Shown: piece by piece, positions 1 to 9,843 of the stretch | Layout: each line of letters starts with the position of its first letter | Numbering within the stretch: the first letter of the stretch is position 1 | DNA from: Calditrichia bacterium | GTDB taxonomy: Bacteria > Calditrichota > Calditrichia > JAJRVZ01 | Reading direction: 5' to 3' | NCBI GenBank assembly: GCA_963796965.1 | Contig: CAWCNS010000005.1 | Span: 608,001-672,000, forward strand | Length of the DNA: 64,000 nucleotides | Made by a program: the position numbers and the translations under genes | Notes under the pieces: model-generated | What the model saw: the letters and a program-made list of their open reading frames with translations, nothing else | What the model was told of the DNA's origin: nothing | The model's database searches: none

Positions 1-119
1 AATATGATTTAGGTCTATTACGATTTTCTCTGATTGATTAAAGTAATGATTCCACTCAATAAATCTGTATCTCATTGTTTTTATATTTCAAAACTTTCTA
101 TAATTTACAGAATCATAAA

Positions 120-1502
120 TTATAATCCATAGGATTCCTTCAAAAACATGTTACCATAAAGCCCACTGGTATAGTCAATCGCTTCTTTTTCATCCAGGGG
201 TAATCCTTCAATTTCACCACGATACCTGTCAAGCCATTGTTTTTCCACATCAGATAGATTTATTTTTCCGGTGGAAATATTTTGTGTTATACTATCGAAT
301 GCTGCCTCAACAGCAGATTTAGTCCTTAGGTAGCCACTACTCTCACCAACAATTGCCCGGGCAATTTTTATAACCTCAGCCGGGTCTAGCATGAGAGCTT
401 CCACATTTTCCCCTACATCACTTTCGACCAACCAGTTTCTCAACTTTAGACTTTCTTTTGCCTTTATTGAAGTGTTGAACAATCTACAGTCATAGGCAAG
501 CAACTCCAGGTATGCCTCCGGTGCAGATCCACTTAACAACTGTATATTTTGAACCGATTCATTACTCCAAAGATCCGCAGTGGCGCCGGCAATATTACCC
601 AGAGGGCTAAAATGGGCGCAACTTGATGATTTTCCTTCCATGCTGATAGGGTAGCCGGTTATTGCTTTAATAATCGGCCCCTCATAAGCACAGTCTTTTG
701 ACGGACCCACCGCCCCTTGCTCATAGGCGACCAAACTACGGGGAGCGGATGCTGCCCTGTCAAGAGCTGCTAACACAGAGGGGATCATACCCTTTCCGGC
801 TAATTGCATGGCCGTATTGGAAAAACCACAAGCGGTATCTCCACCGGCAATAACATTGTGCTTTTTAGCGATTGTAGATATTTCCTTCCAAAGGAATTCC
901 ATGTCTCGGGCCCCAAATGACCCAAGTGCTACTACAATCCCCTTTAAATCACCATAGAGAAGAGCCTGGTCGTGCACCTCCTTACCCCCTACCGATTCGA
1001 TAGACAAGATATCTGCACCAGCCTGGGCGGCACAAACAAATGCTTCGTGTGTTAATTCCCAATATCTGCCACTTCTTAATAAGGGAGGCCGGTCGGCATC
1101 TCTTAAGTCAACTACTGTAACCCTGAGAGCATTGGGAATTCCATGGGATTCATAGAGCGCAGTTAAAGCATCCTTTAATATCTTCGTTATTTCCGCACCC
1201 CATTGCGGATGCTCCGTCATCGGGGGTAATTGTTCAAACTCAACGACTAAACCAGGTAAACCAAGTTTAACAGATCTTGTCGAGATAACTTCGGCAATAT
1301 TACGATAATGGTCAAGAACTTCCCCCCAGGTTTGTTCTTCAATTTTCATCGTGGGGAGGGTAAAATTTATTTCCGGGTAGACCTGACCACCACCTATTTT
1401 TAGACCATGACCACATTCTACCGGATGAGTTGCCACCCCGAATACAAGTTCATCAGGATTGTTAATTGTTAATTTATTGTATTTATTATCTTTAGCAGAC
1501 AT
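120..1502 (-). CDS. mtaB: Methanol:corrinoid methyltransferase MtaB family protein
   Basis: 460 aa with MtaB motifs GADILSIESVGGKEVHD, GDTACGFSNTAM, GPSKDCAYEG, EGKSSSCAHFSPLGN, DLWSNESVQN; Glu/Cys/Cys putative Zn ligands retained; GGGGA RBS upstream. Confidence 0.9.
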   Translation of the reverse strand: MSAKDNKYNKLTINNPDELVFGVATHPVECGHGLKIGGGQVYPEINFTLPTMKIEEQTWGEVLDHYRNIAEVISTRSVKLGLPGLVVEFEQLPPMTEHPQWGAEITKILKDALTALYESHGIPNALRVTVVDLRDADRPPLLRSGRYWELTHEAFVCAAQAGADILSIESVGGKEVHDQALLYGDLKGIVVALGSFGARDMEFLWKEISTIAKKHNVIAGGDTACGFSNTAMQLAGKGMIPSVLAALDRAASAPRSLVAYEQGAVGPSKDCAYEGPIIKAITGYPISMEGKSSSCAHFSPLGNIAGATADLWSNESVQNIQLLSGSAPEAYLELLAYDCRLFNTSIKAKESLKLRNWLVESDVGENVEALMLDPAEVIKIARAIVGESSGYLRTKSAVEAAFDSITQNISTGKINLSDVEKQWLDRYRGEIEGLPLDEKEAIDYTSGLYGNMFLKESYGL

Positions 1503-1668
1503 ACTTTCCCCCTGAATGTATTATGCTCTTTTATCAGAACTGAATTATGTAGAAAATTCTCTCACAAAGCCGCTAAGACGCAGAGCAATAAGTTTATACC
1601 GATTTCTAACCATGGGTGTTCGGTTTAAAAGAAGACTCAATATTTTAATAAAATTTCTCATTCAAAAT

Positions 1669-1694
1669 CCCCTTCTCTTCTTAATGAGAAGGGG
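1669..1694. repeat. CCCCT...AGGGG-type palindrome
   Basis: CCCCTTCTC-ttcttaat-GAGAAGGGG; related to the CCCCTCC...GGAGGGG hairpin near 23510-23560. Confidence 0.55.
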
Positions 1695-1833
1695 CTCCTC
1701 TAGACAAAACTCTTATAAAAATAAATCTTGCATCTCTCCGAAATTATAAATCAATATAATTATTTTTTATTTAACAAAATTCCTTGAAAGGAATTTGAAG
1801 ATGCAAAAGCAATACTCTTCACATCCTCCTAGC

Positions 1834-2970
1834 TTAAATTTTGACAATGTTTTTATTATAGCCATCAACTAGTTTATCTACTAACCGAACTCTTTCGATA
1901 TCCCCTGTTGATGATATTTCATCTGAAATCCCTAATATCAATTTGGGGGCAAACATCTCAATTATTTTTTCAGTGCATTCTATAAGAATCTCTTCTGAAT
2001 ATATATCATCAAAATAAATGGCCGGAATGCCATCTAATAAAAAGACTTCATCACCCAAAGCGTCTTTGATTTCTTCTAAGGTAACATCACCTTGCGGTAG
2101 GGGTGTAATGGCTTCAATTCCATCAAGTCCTGTTTCCTTCGCATAGCGGAGAAGCGGTCCGGTATCGCCATCCCAATGCGAACAGCAAAATTTCCCCGCT
2201 GCATGCAATTTATCACAGCGTCTTTGACAGGCAGGCAAATGATATTTTAGAAAAAGATCGGGAGAGAGTGTTCCGGAATGGACATTCTCACCAAAATTAA
2301 TAATATCGATTGGCGACTGGTTAACCACCTCAATCAATCTGTCCTGGCATTCCTCTAACTTTTGAAAAAATGTTTCGATTTGATCAGGCCAATCATAGAG
2401 GGCATAAACCCCTTTTTCAACACCCATTTTGTCCAGATACAAATTTTGGATATTCATGCGGGGCATGAATATAGTTGGTGCACCTAAACCCTCAGTTGCC
2501 TTCAACCAGTGATCATATTGCTCCTGATCCCATTCCCAGGTAGCATTTTCTTCCCGCCATGTGACCACTTTTAACTCCTCAAGGGAATCCACCTCCCATT
2601 TTAGTGTAATGGGATGCGCGCTATTAACCGATTTCCTGTGAATGGCCGTTTGCTTTCCCACCGGTGTATGTACAATGGTTTCCACATCTGTTTCGTTTAA
2701 TTGGACCTGTTCAAAACGAACCCCGGGATGTTCCAAACGCTTAAAGCATGAGTTAAATTCATAAAGTCTCGCCGAAACACCTAATGCATAATAGACATCA
2801 TGGAAATCCAATCCCGTATAGGGAGCAGGCAAGCCACTTCTATCAAATATTTTATCGCTATACCAGCAACCGATGCGGGGCTGCCAGATGATCTGCCCTT
2901 CTGCTTTCCCAAATGCCACATTTTTATGCAGTTCCGGCAGATTCTTGTTTAGTAACTCGGTTTTCGTCAA
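1834..2970 (-). CDS. Uroporphyrinogen decarboxylase / MtaA-like (corrinoid methyltransferase fold) protein, paralog 1
   Basis: HTPVG, FGEN..SGTLSP, SHWDGD, DGIEAITPLPQGDVTLEEIK, ILGISDEI; start moved to TTG 2970 after an AAGGA RBS. Confidence 0.75.
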   Translation of the reverse strand: MTKTELLNKNLPELHKNVAFGKAEGQIIWQPRIGCWYSDKIFDRSGLPAPYTGLDFHDVYYALGVSARLYEFNSCFKRLEHPGVRFEQVQLNETDVETIVHTPVGKQTAIHRKSVNSAHPITLKWEVDSLEELKVVTWREENATWEWDQEQYDHWLKATEGLGAPTIFMPRMNIQNLYLDKMGVEKGVYALYDWPDQIETFFQKLEECQDRLIEVVNQSPIDIINFGENVHSGTLSPDLFLKYHLPACQRRCDKLHAAGKFCCSHWDGDTGPLLRYAKETGLDGIEAITPLPQGDVTLEEIKDALGDEVFLLDGIPAIYFDDIYSEEILIECTEKIIEMFAPKLILGISDEISSTGDIERVRLVDKLVDGYNKNIVKI

Positions 2971-2981
2971 TGATGAATCCT

Positions 2982-3854
2982 TTAATTTTTGAAAATTGAA
3001 GAAAAAAGTAAGGGGCATACTTTATTATCCGTATAATCAGGAACCCCATCAACCTTATTAGCCAGGTGGTCATTACCATGATCAGCAAGACTACCATCCT
3101 CGTAGAAATACCTTTGGTATCGATTTGTCTCATCCTGTAAATGTACAGCAATCGATCGACGTGGCTGTTTACTGAGATTTGGTCCACTACCATGAATGGT
3201 TAAACAATTATGAAAACTGACACATCCTTTTGGCAGTATCATCGGAACTTTTTTGACTCGCTGCCCGCCGGTTACAAATCTTTTTTCAAGACTATCCAAT
3301 TCGCTACTAAAAAAATCCAGGTCCTGTGTATTATCCGGCCAATGTTTACTGCCTTCTATCATCGTAATCGTGCCCGTGGTCTCATCACAATCATGAAAAG
3401 GAATCCAGGCCGTCAACATTGAATCAGACGTGCATGTTTTCCAATACATGCGATCGTTATGCCAACCAACATTTGATTTTAAATCAGATATCTGGGGTGG
3501 TTTAAAAAGTAATTGATCATGCCATAAGCGGATTTGGGATGAACCGGTTAATTTGCCTGCAATCGCGCCCAGAACTGGTTTTGTAATTAACTTCTGCAAA
3601 GCCAAATTAAAAAAAGATGCATAATCTGTTTTACGCAATCCCTCTCCAAAATTTACCGCAGGCATAAAAGTATGAAAGGGATCTGATCCCGGTCGATCAA
3701 GATCGTTCCGGTAAATTCTCTCCATTCCTTCCAATGCAAGATCTATTTCCTGCTCTGTGTAAATTGGTTTAGATATATAATAACCAGATTTTTGGTAGAA
3801 TTCTACATCTTCTATATCTGGAAGTAAATGAGTATAAGATTCCATAAGTCTCAC
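2982..3854 (-). CDS. Phytanoyl-CoA dioxygenase (PhyH) family Fe(II)/2-oxoglutarate dioxygenase
   Basis: DQLLFKPP, WHND (HxD), LTAWIP, GSKHW, HGSGPN, RRS motifs. Confidence 0.85.
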   Translation of the reverse strand: MRLMESYTHLLPDIEDVEFYQKSGYYISKPIYTEQEIDLALEGMERIYRNDLDRPGSDPFHTFMPAVNFGEGLRKTDYASFFNLALQKLITKPVLGAIAGKLTGSSQIRLWHDQLLFKPPQISDLKSNVGWHNDRMYWKTCTSDSMLTAWIPFHDCDETTGTITMIEGSKHWPDNTQDLDFFSSELDSLEKRFVTGGQRVKKVPMILPKGCVSFHNCLTIHGSGPNLSKQPRRSIAVHLQDETNRYQRYFYEDGSLADHGNDHLANKVDGVPDYTDNKVCPLLFSSIFKN

Positions 3855-3858
3855 CTAA

Positions 3859-4913
3859 TTATTGTGCTTCAAGTTTTCTGATTTGCTGGCCGGCCTGAAC
3901 CATTGCCAAATAACCTTCAACGGGTACATAATCCGGGATTGAATTACCGGAACCAAGCGCATAACCCTGTGCATTATTTCGAAACTGCAGGCCTAATTCC
4001 ACTACTGTTTTATAAATTTCATCTGAAGTTTGAAGACAAAGCAGATCAACATCAATCCCTCCAACCAGAGCAATCCGATCGCCAAAGAGAGAAATCCACT
4101 TTTCAAACGGGGCGATGGCATCTTCATTAGAATGTTTCCCGTTAATTCCAAGTTGGATAACGTCGTCCATAATGCTAAATATATTACCACAAGAATGCCA
4201 GAGAAATGGGCGGCCTGCATTATGGATTAGATTTATTATCCTGTAATACTGGGGAATGATATGTTGTTTAATATGATCCGGACTGACTAACGTACTCGTT
4301 TTAAAACCCAGATCATCTCCAAAGCGGCAAATCGCAAATGTATCATGATATCGATGTAGAAATTCGGACCAAATTTCTGTCATCAAGTCGCCAATTCTTA
4401 AATATATCCCCGTATAAAGATCCGGATCATTCATCATCATATAAGCCAGATATTCGAAACCAACCAAATCCTCACTTATTTCAAACACACCATTCCCAAC
4501 ACCGCCTATTGCTTTCATTCCATTGGGCATGCATTCAGCAAGCGCATCAAACATTGGCTTGGCCAGTTTCCAATATCGTTCTGGCAATTCATCCCAGGGA
4601 AACTTGTTAAAATCTTCTCGGTTTTGAATTGGGCCGGGTTTCCCCCCATAATAGCGCCACTATCCGGTAGGATATCAATTATTCCCACTTCAAATGAAAC
4701 TGTATCATAGGTCATTTCTTTAAAAAAGCGACAATACTGGGTAAAAAATTCCCTCTTATCAACTTCATTGCCATTTGCCAGCGTCGCAAACTGTACATTC
4801 AGAATTTTTTCCATGATTGAAGGACTGATGATATGCTCATACAATGGTAGTCGCTCCGGACGCTTATTGTCCAAAACATCCAGCATGTGATGATAATCTG
4901 GTTGGAATGCCAT
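3859..4913 (-). CDS. UroD/MtaA-like protein, paralog 2 (one frameshift near 4640)
   Basis: Two ORFs join at a G6A3C3 run; GDDLGFKT, WHSCGN, GGIDVD, ALGSGNSIPDYVP motifs. Confidence 0.8.
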
Positions 4914-4915
4914 AG

Positions 4916-7900
4916 TTATTCTCTCATTTCTGCCCGCAGGGTTACGATGGAACCTGCCGGTACTTTTATCACTTCATTTGTTTTGCTTAACGGTCTCTCA
5001 CTCAAATCACTGAGCCAAATGCCAATGGGTTTCGGCTCCGACCAGATAATGGATGCCGATTCGTCTTTACCAGAGGCTGAATATAAACGCAGGATGAGTG
5101 CCTTTTTATCTTTACTTGGCTTCAAAGCAGTAATGATGACTGCTTCATTATTCAATTTTAATCTTGACTCTATGCTGGCTTCTTTTCTAGCTGACATGAC
5201 GAGCAAGGGCTGGCTTATTTCGATGGCAAATTTCATGACCTTTTCGGGATCATATTCAGCATGAGGTTGCAAAGCATATCGGAAAGTTACAAGACCCTCC
5301 TGATAGGCTTTGTAGTTAGTATGCCAATGATTATTCATAACCCACGAATAAAAATTTTGAGCAGGATCGACCGTGTGACGCCAATAGCCCAATTTTCTCT
5401 GCTCGGAAAGATTTCCTAATATATTTCCAGAGATTTCCCCAACTTCCACCATGGGTGCGTCCAGGTTAGCCCAGGTAATACCATGTTTATCATTGGAGAC
5501 ATCTATAAATCGTTGAACGGTAAACCAATTTTTGCAGGCACTTGGTATTTGATCCACCTCCGGCTGCATTACAACATAAGGAATATCTAAACGCATTATA
5601 CCTTGCGGAATATTAAGAGGAAAACTAAAATGCAGTCCTTCCTTACCATTTTTTCGTGCAAAATCATAATCTCCTGCCTTTGGCTCAGATTTCGCACGGC
5701 TTTTATCAACTGTATTAATTATATTCAAATGAGAGACTCCTTCAGCAAGGCGGATCTCGCGTTTGAGCAGATTACACCCCGGTGCCTCAGACTCAACAAT
5801 TATTGAAGAAATCAAAGGTCCTTTTTCTTCTATCGTAATTTTCGTCTTGCCGGAAGTTTGAATATCTTTCAGGTCTTTTCCCGGTAAGAAAAGATACTGG
5901 TTTAATTGTTCGCCTTTACTTAAATCCACAAGGTTCTCACTGTTTCCCTTTTTATAAATTGCGGCAATATTCCCTGTCTTTTGATCCAACACAACTTTTA
6001 GATTATCATTTTCCAAAGACCACTCATCAATCTTTAGAGAAGATCTTTCCGCAATGGATTCACCTTCTGAAATGGTATATCTTTGTGAAGAATATGGCGG
6101 AATCATTTCGACCTTAAATACTAGCTCACCTCCGGATAGTCTCTGCGAAGACAGGATATTACCTTCGGAGTCTGAGATGCGGTTCCCACTCATTGACAAT
6201 TCTTTAGGGACAGAAACCATACCACCACGGGACCATGAATTCAGATTATAGATATCAATCCTGGAGGATTGATTATCACTATTTTCACAATTTAGTGAAT
6301 TAATCAGCTCATAGGACTGTTTTTCGCCCTGAATGGCATAAGCCTGTTTTAACTCCCATTGATCTTTTGTTTTTTTACTCTCAGGTTCCGAGACACTTAT
6401 ATCAGCTCCCCATGTATGTTCAGAGTACATCATAATATTTTTCCAGGCCGTATCAAATCTCTCTTTGGGGAATCCCTGCGGATTGACCAAAGCCCAGAGT
6501 ACTTCTGCCTGAGTGAGTCTTTCTGATGAGGACCTGTTCACCGCCGTCTCCCGGGCAGATGAGGCCGCACCATCTTCCCAGTATGGTGTCCAATCCCCTC
6601 GTACCTGCTCTATCTGATCTCCGTACAACTTCTCAAATTTCTCAAATACCTCAACCGTAGTTGAGAGCTTAATTGTTGGCGACTTGTACTTTTGATTCCA
6701 TTCTTTAATAGATTCAGACAAGTGCTGTTCCGGCCCCCAATTATCGCCCTGCCCACTCCAACGCATGTATGTCATGTCATAGGGATATTCCGTTTCGGTT
6801 AGTCTGGTCATGATGTCATAAATATTTTCTTCTCTCAATTTATTTCCAAGTATATGGGCAAGACCATATCCCTGATAAGGAATCCAAACGAGCACTTTTT
6901 CATTTTTCGATGGCCCGATCCAATAGAAAGGCTTATCTTCCCAGGTGGCCAGAATTGTTCCAATGCGGTCAAAATAATTTGGCGCCGTAGAAAAGTATTT
7001 TACTCCGGCATGATGCATTGCGGAAACTAATCCCCAGGTTTGACCGGGTATATCACTGATCATTGCTGAGGAAACAGGCGATAAATCATATTTTTCAGCC
7101 ACCTCACTTGAGTAAGCAAAAAGTTGAAGCAATTCCTCCGGACGACATAATCCGGAAAGTACATTATTATACATACCCTCCAAACCAATATCACCGTTGC
7201 GAATGGCTTTTATGACACGTTCACATTTTTCAGGCGGTTGAGATTTCAAATATGAATCAAGAGCCCAGGAGACCTCAATATTCCATTTATATTTAGCGCC
7301 CTCTGGATATTTACTGGTCGCCTCAATGATCTCTAATGCCTGATCGATAAATTGAATATGTTTTTTCTGTACCTCCGTTTGAAGTTCCGTATAACCTATA
7401 TCTGTATGGGAATGGGGAAGAACGTAAATCTCCATCTGACGGCAGGGAGCAAAATCTATCTTTGTTTTTATTTTCGGGCGATTTTTTACCTGAAGTTCAA
7501 TTTCCAAACTTTCCTTTTCCCGAACCTCTGGCACATTTATTATAATTCTGTTTACACCTAATTTTATTTCTCCTGAAAAATTTGTTCCCTGACTGGTAGT
7601 AACAGATATTTCAGTAGGATCACCCAGATAGTTGTAATCAACAATAATAGGTCGTTTATTATCATTCAACAGAACAGCTGGAGCAGTGGCACGAACGTTC
7701 TCACTAAAATCATATTTAAAAGTCATATACCAGGCGCTGCTTTTGGCATTCTCTCCCACAATCTTCAGATTAATTGATTCACCAGGTGATAACAACGATC
7801 TTTGTATGGTCAAAGTCGCAATCCCATGCAAATCATCATGTTGATCAACCATCGTTCCCCTGAAATTTAATTTCGTCGCATTACTCCCTTGAACCTGCCA

Positions 7901-8395
7901 TTCCTGCTCAATCGCCTCTGTCGGATTTTCAAATATTAATGATTTAACCTCATTGATAAAGAGGGTAAACTTTTTTGGATTGTCATTCACATCAATAGCA
8001 AAAAGCCATACAAATGTGATATCAGGCTCCGAAAAGTCAGCTGGTATCTTTTCAGTCTCCCAGGATATAGATTGCTGATCATACAGGGCACGCACAAGCA
8101 TGGAAGTACCCACACCGGGTATGGCGGAATGGTAACCAAAATCCTCCCCTGAGATCGTCTTTTTATAGCCACTATAGTTGGTCATTTCTTCGCTTCCCCC
8201 TGAAACAATATCTGCCATTCCGATGAATACTACGAAAAGAATTATGCTCAATCTACTTATACTTCGTTCTTGCAAAGGCGCCAAGATATTCAAGACAAAA
8301 GAAAAAGGACAAAAGATAAAATTGGTGAAATTCGCTCTAATTCGTGAAATTCGTGGACAGATATTTTTATTAATTAATTGACGGTTCATAGACAT
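4916..8395 (-). CDS. GH38-like alpha-mannosidase with N-terminal extension (start uncertain)
   Basis: HSHTDIGY, SDIPG, GDWTPYWEDG, YSEHTWG, VMNNHWHTNY; C-terminal ITALKPS..LILRLY. Confidence 0.8.
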   Translation of the reverse strand: MSMNRQLINKNICPRISRIRANFTNFIFCPFSFVLNILAPLQERSISRLSIILFVVFIGMADIVSGGSEEMTNYSGYKKTISGEDFGYHSAIPGVGTSMLVRALYDQQSISWETEKIPADFSEPDITFVWLFAIDVNDNPKKFTLFINEVKSLIFENPTEAIEQEWQVQGSNATKLNFRGTMVDQHDDLHGIATLTIQRSLLSPGESINLKIVGENAKSSAWYMTFKYDFSENVRATAPAVLLNDNKRPIIVDYNYLGDPTEISVTTSQGTNFSGEIKLGVNRIIINVPEVREKESLEIELQVKNRPKIKTKIDFAPCRQMEIYVLPHSHTDIGYTELQTEVQKKHIQFIDQALEIIEATSKYPEGAKYKWNIEVSWALDSYLKSQPPEKCERVIKAIRNGDIGLEGMYNNVLSGLCRPEELLQLFAYSSEVAEKYDLSPVSSAMISDIPGQTWGLVSAMHHAGVKYFSTAPNYFDRIGTILATWEDKPFYWIGPSKNEKVLVWIPYQGYGLAHILGNKLREENIYDIMTRLTETEYPYDMTYMRWSGQGDNWGPEQHLSESIKEWNQKYKSPTIKLSTTVEVFEKFEKLYGDQIEQVRGDWTPYWEDGAASSARETAVNRSSSERLTQAEVLWALVNPQGFPKERFDTAWKNIMMYSEHTWGADISVSEPESKKTKDQWELKQAYAIQGEKQSYELINSLNCENSDNQSSRIDIYNLNSWSRGGMVSVPKELSMSGNRISDSEGNILSSQRLSGGELVFKVEMIPPYSSQRYTISEGESIAERSSLKIDEWSLENDNLKVVLDQKTGNIAAIYKKGNSENLVDLSKGEQLNQYLFLPGKDLKDIQTSGKTKITIEEKGPLISSIIVESEAPGCNLLKREIRLAEGVSHLNIINTVDKSRAKSEPKAGDYDFARKNGKEGLHFSFPLNIPQGIMRLDIPYVVMQPEVDQIPSACKNWFTVQRFIDVSNDKHGITWANLDAPMVEVGEISGNILGNLSEQRKLGYWRHTVDPAQNFYSWVMNNHWHTNYKAYQEGLVTFRYALQPHAEYDPEKVMKFAIEISQPLLVMSARKEASIESRLKLNNEAVIITALKPSKDKKALILRLYSASGKDESASIIWSEPKPIGIWLSDLSERPLSKTNEVIKVPAGSIVTLRAEMRE

Positions 8396-8400
8396 CGTTC

Positions 8401-9648
8401 CTATTCTGTCAAAGGCTGTGCCCAGGCACGCAACATTTCAATTGAAGAAGCCAGGACACCGGCTGACCCGCGAAATTCCCCCGAACCGGTTGCCTTGCCA
8501 TCTACAGAATACCATTCATAAAAGCCATCATTTTTCAGGACCCGATCGATCATTGGCCGCAGCTCATCATAGGCTTCCTTAACAAATCCATATCGTATTA
8601 ACTGCTGAATCATCCTTCCCCCAAACCAGGTCCAGTCTCCACCATTCTGGTAACCATAGGGATACATACCCTTATTTTTGAAATATCCTTTTGGATAAGG
8701 TGGATACATAGTCAAACCAATTGAGGGTGCTCCTGAGGCTTTTACATTATCTAGCATTTGTTGATTTACAATTTTGATTTCTTGTTGGCTTAACAATCCC
8801 GCCTCAATTGCAACAGCGGTTCCACCATGGTAATGGATCTGGTTTTCATCAAAGTCATCAGGAAAAGGTGATCCATCTAAATATATATGAGGGATGAATT
8901 TCTTATTATCGTCATCCCACAAATGTTTTCGTACATTTGTGTGAATACTCTTTAAAATTTCTTTCCAATAACCATAACGCACATGTTCATCGCCAATCAG
9001 TGATAAATAATTTTCTATAGCAATCAAAAACATGGCATTGTCATAGATATCTATGGCATAATGTGTATCATCAGTAAAATACACTCCCCAATCATGTTCG
9101 GGTTGTACATCACCCCAATCAGCTGTGGTAGCTCCCCAGATGAGCCCATACGTCTGATTAAATCGCTCATTCATCAGAAACTGAAGTGCCAAGTCAAGGC
9201 GCTCAATAACAGATCTACCATCAACAGACTGCTGGAGAAATCTCGTATCACCGGTTCGTTCAATATATTTCCAGACCGCCTGGATAAGGCTGCTCTCCTG
9301 ATCGGTTTCTACTGTATTTTTATGTCCTGCAAATCCTGGCGCCAGGTCACTAAATATATAATCATAACCCGCTCCAGGCTTTTCCTTAAAAGGAACAAAT
9401 CCATCTATTATATTACCATCCTCGCCCTGAAATTTAAAAAACATCAACAGATTGTTTTGAACAGTTTCCCGGGGAAGAAGATCACAGGAAAGATTTATAA
9501 ACGTATTGTAATCGCGAATCCAGACTTCACTATATCCTGAACCTGCGGTAAACCCTGATTTTACAAGAACTTGGGCACGATCGTAAACTTCATCAAGGGT
9601 TCTATCATTAAGGATTATTTGTGCCAATTCTTTATCTGTTGATGTCAT
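8401..9648 (-). CDS. Six-hairpin (alpha/alpha)6 glycosidase, amylo-alpha-1,6-glucosidase-like
   Basis: YSEVWIRD, ADWGDVQPE, YQNGGDWTWFGG, GFYEWY motifs; GGAGA RBS. Confidence 0.65.
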   Translation of the reverse strand: MTSTDKELAQIILNDRTLDEVYDRAQVLVKSGFTAGSGYSEVWIRDYNTFINLSCDLLPRETVQNNLLMFFKFQGEDGNIIDGFVPFKEKPGAGYDYIFSDLAPGFAGHKNTVETDQESSLIQAVWKYIERTGDTRFLQQSVDGRSVIERLDLALQFLMNERFNQTYGLIWGATTADWGDVQPEHDWGVYFTDDTHYAIDIYDNAMFLIAIENYLSLIGDEHVRYGYWKEILKSIHTNVRKHLWDDDNKKFIPHIYLDGSPFPDDFDENQIHYHGGTAVAIEAGLLSQQEIKIVNQQMLDNVKASGAPSIGLTMYPPYPKGYFKNKGMYPYGYQNGGDWTWFGGRMIQQLIRYGFVKEAYDELRPMIDRVLKNDGFYEWYSVDGKATGSGEFRGSAGVLASSIEMLRAWAQPLTE

Positions 9649-9764
9649 CAATTGATCTCCTTTATCTGAATCGCAAGACTATTAGTCCTATAGCCATTAT
9701 TAACCCAAATATAATATTCATATGCATTTCCTATACCTGATAATGCAGAAGTTCTCTAAATCAT

Positions 9765-9843
9765 GCATTGCGCATAGAGCATGGCCTAGTTCGAAAATTA
9801 AAATTCTCGCCTTACTCCATGCGCTATGCACTATGCACTATGC
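9765..9843. repeat. Inverted heptamer arrays
   Basis: GCATTGC-GCATAGA-GCATGG ... CCATGCG-CTATGCA-CTATGCA-CTATGC, abutting the stop codon at 9844. Confidence 0.75.

Noticed and set aside
120..1502. Archaeal (methanogen) origin of the window
   Set aside because: Lipoprotein signals, T9SS-like tails and the CAZyme set are bacterial, and MtaB also occurs in bacteria
1503..1833. Cobalamin riboswitch upstream of mtaB or the UroD-like genes
   Set aside because: No B12-box or conserved core found by eye; a covariance-model search would be needed to exclude it fully
4630..4650. Programmed frameshift at GGGGGGAAAC in the UroD-like gene
   Set aside because: It resembles a slippery site, but with so many indels across unrelated genes a homopolymer error is the simpler explanation
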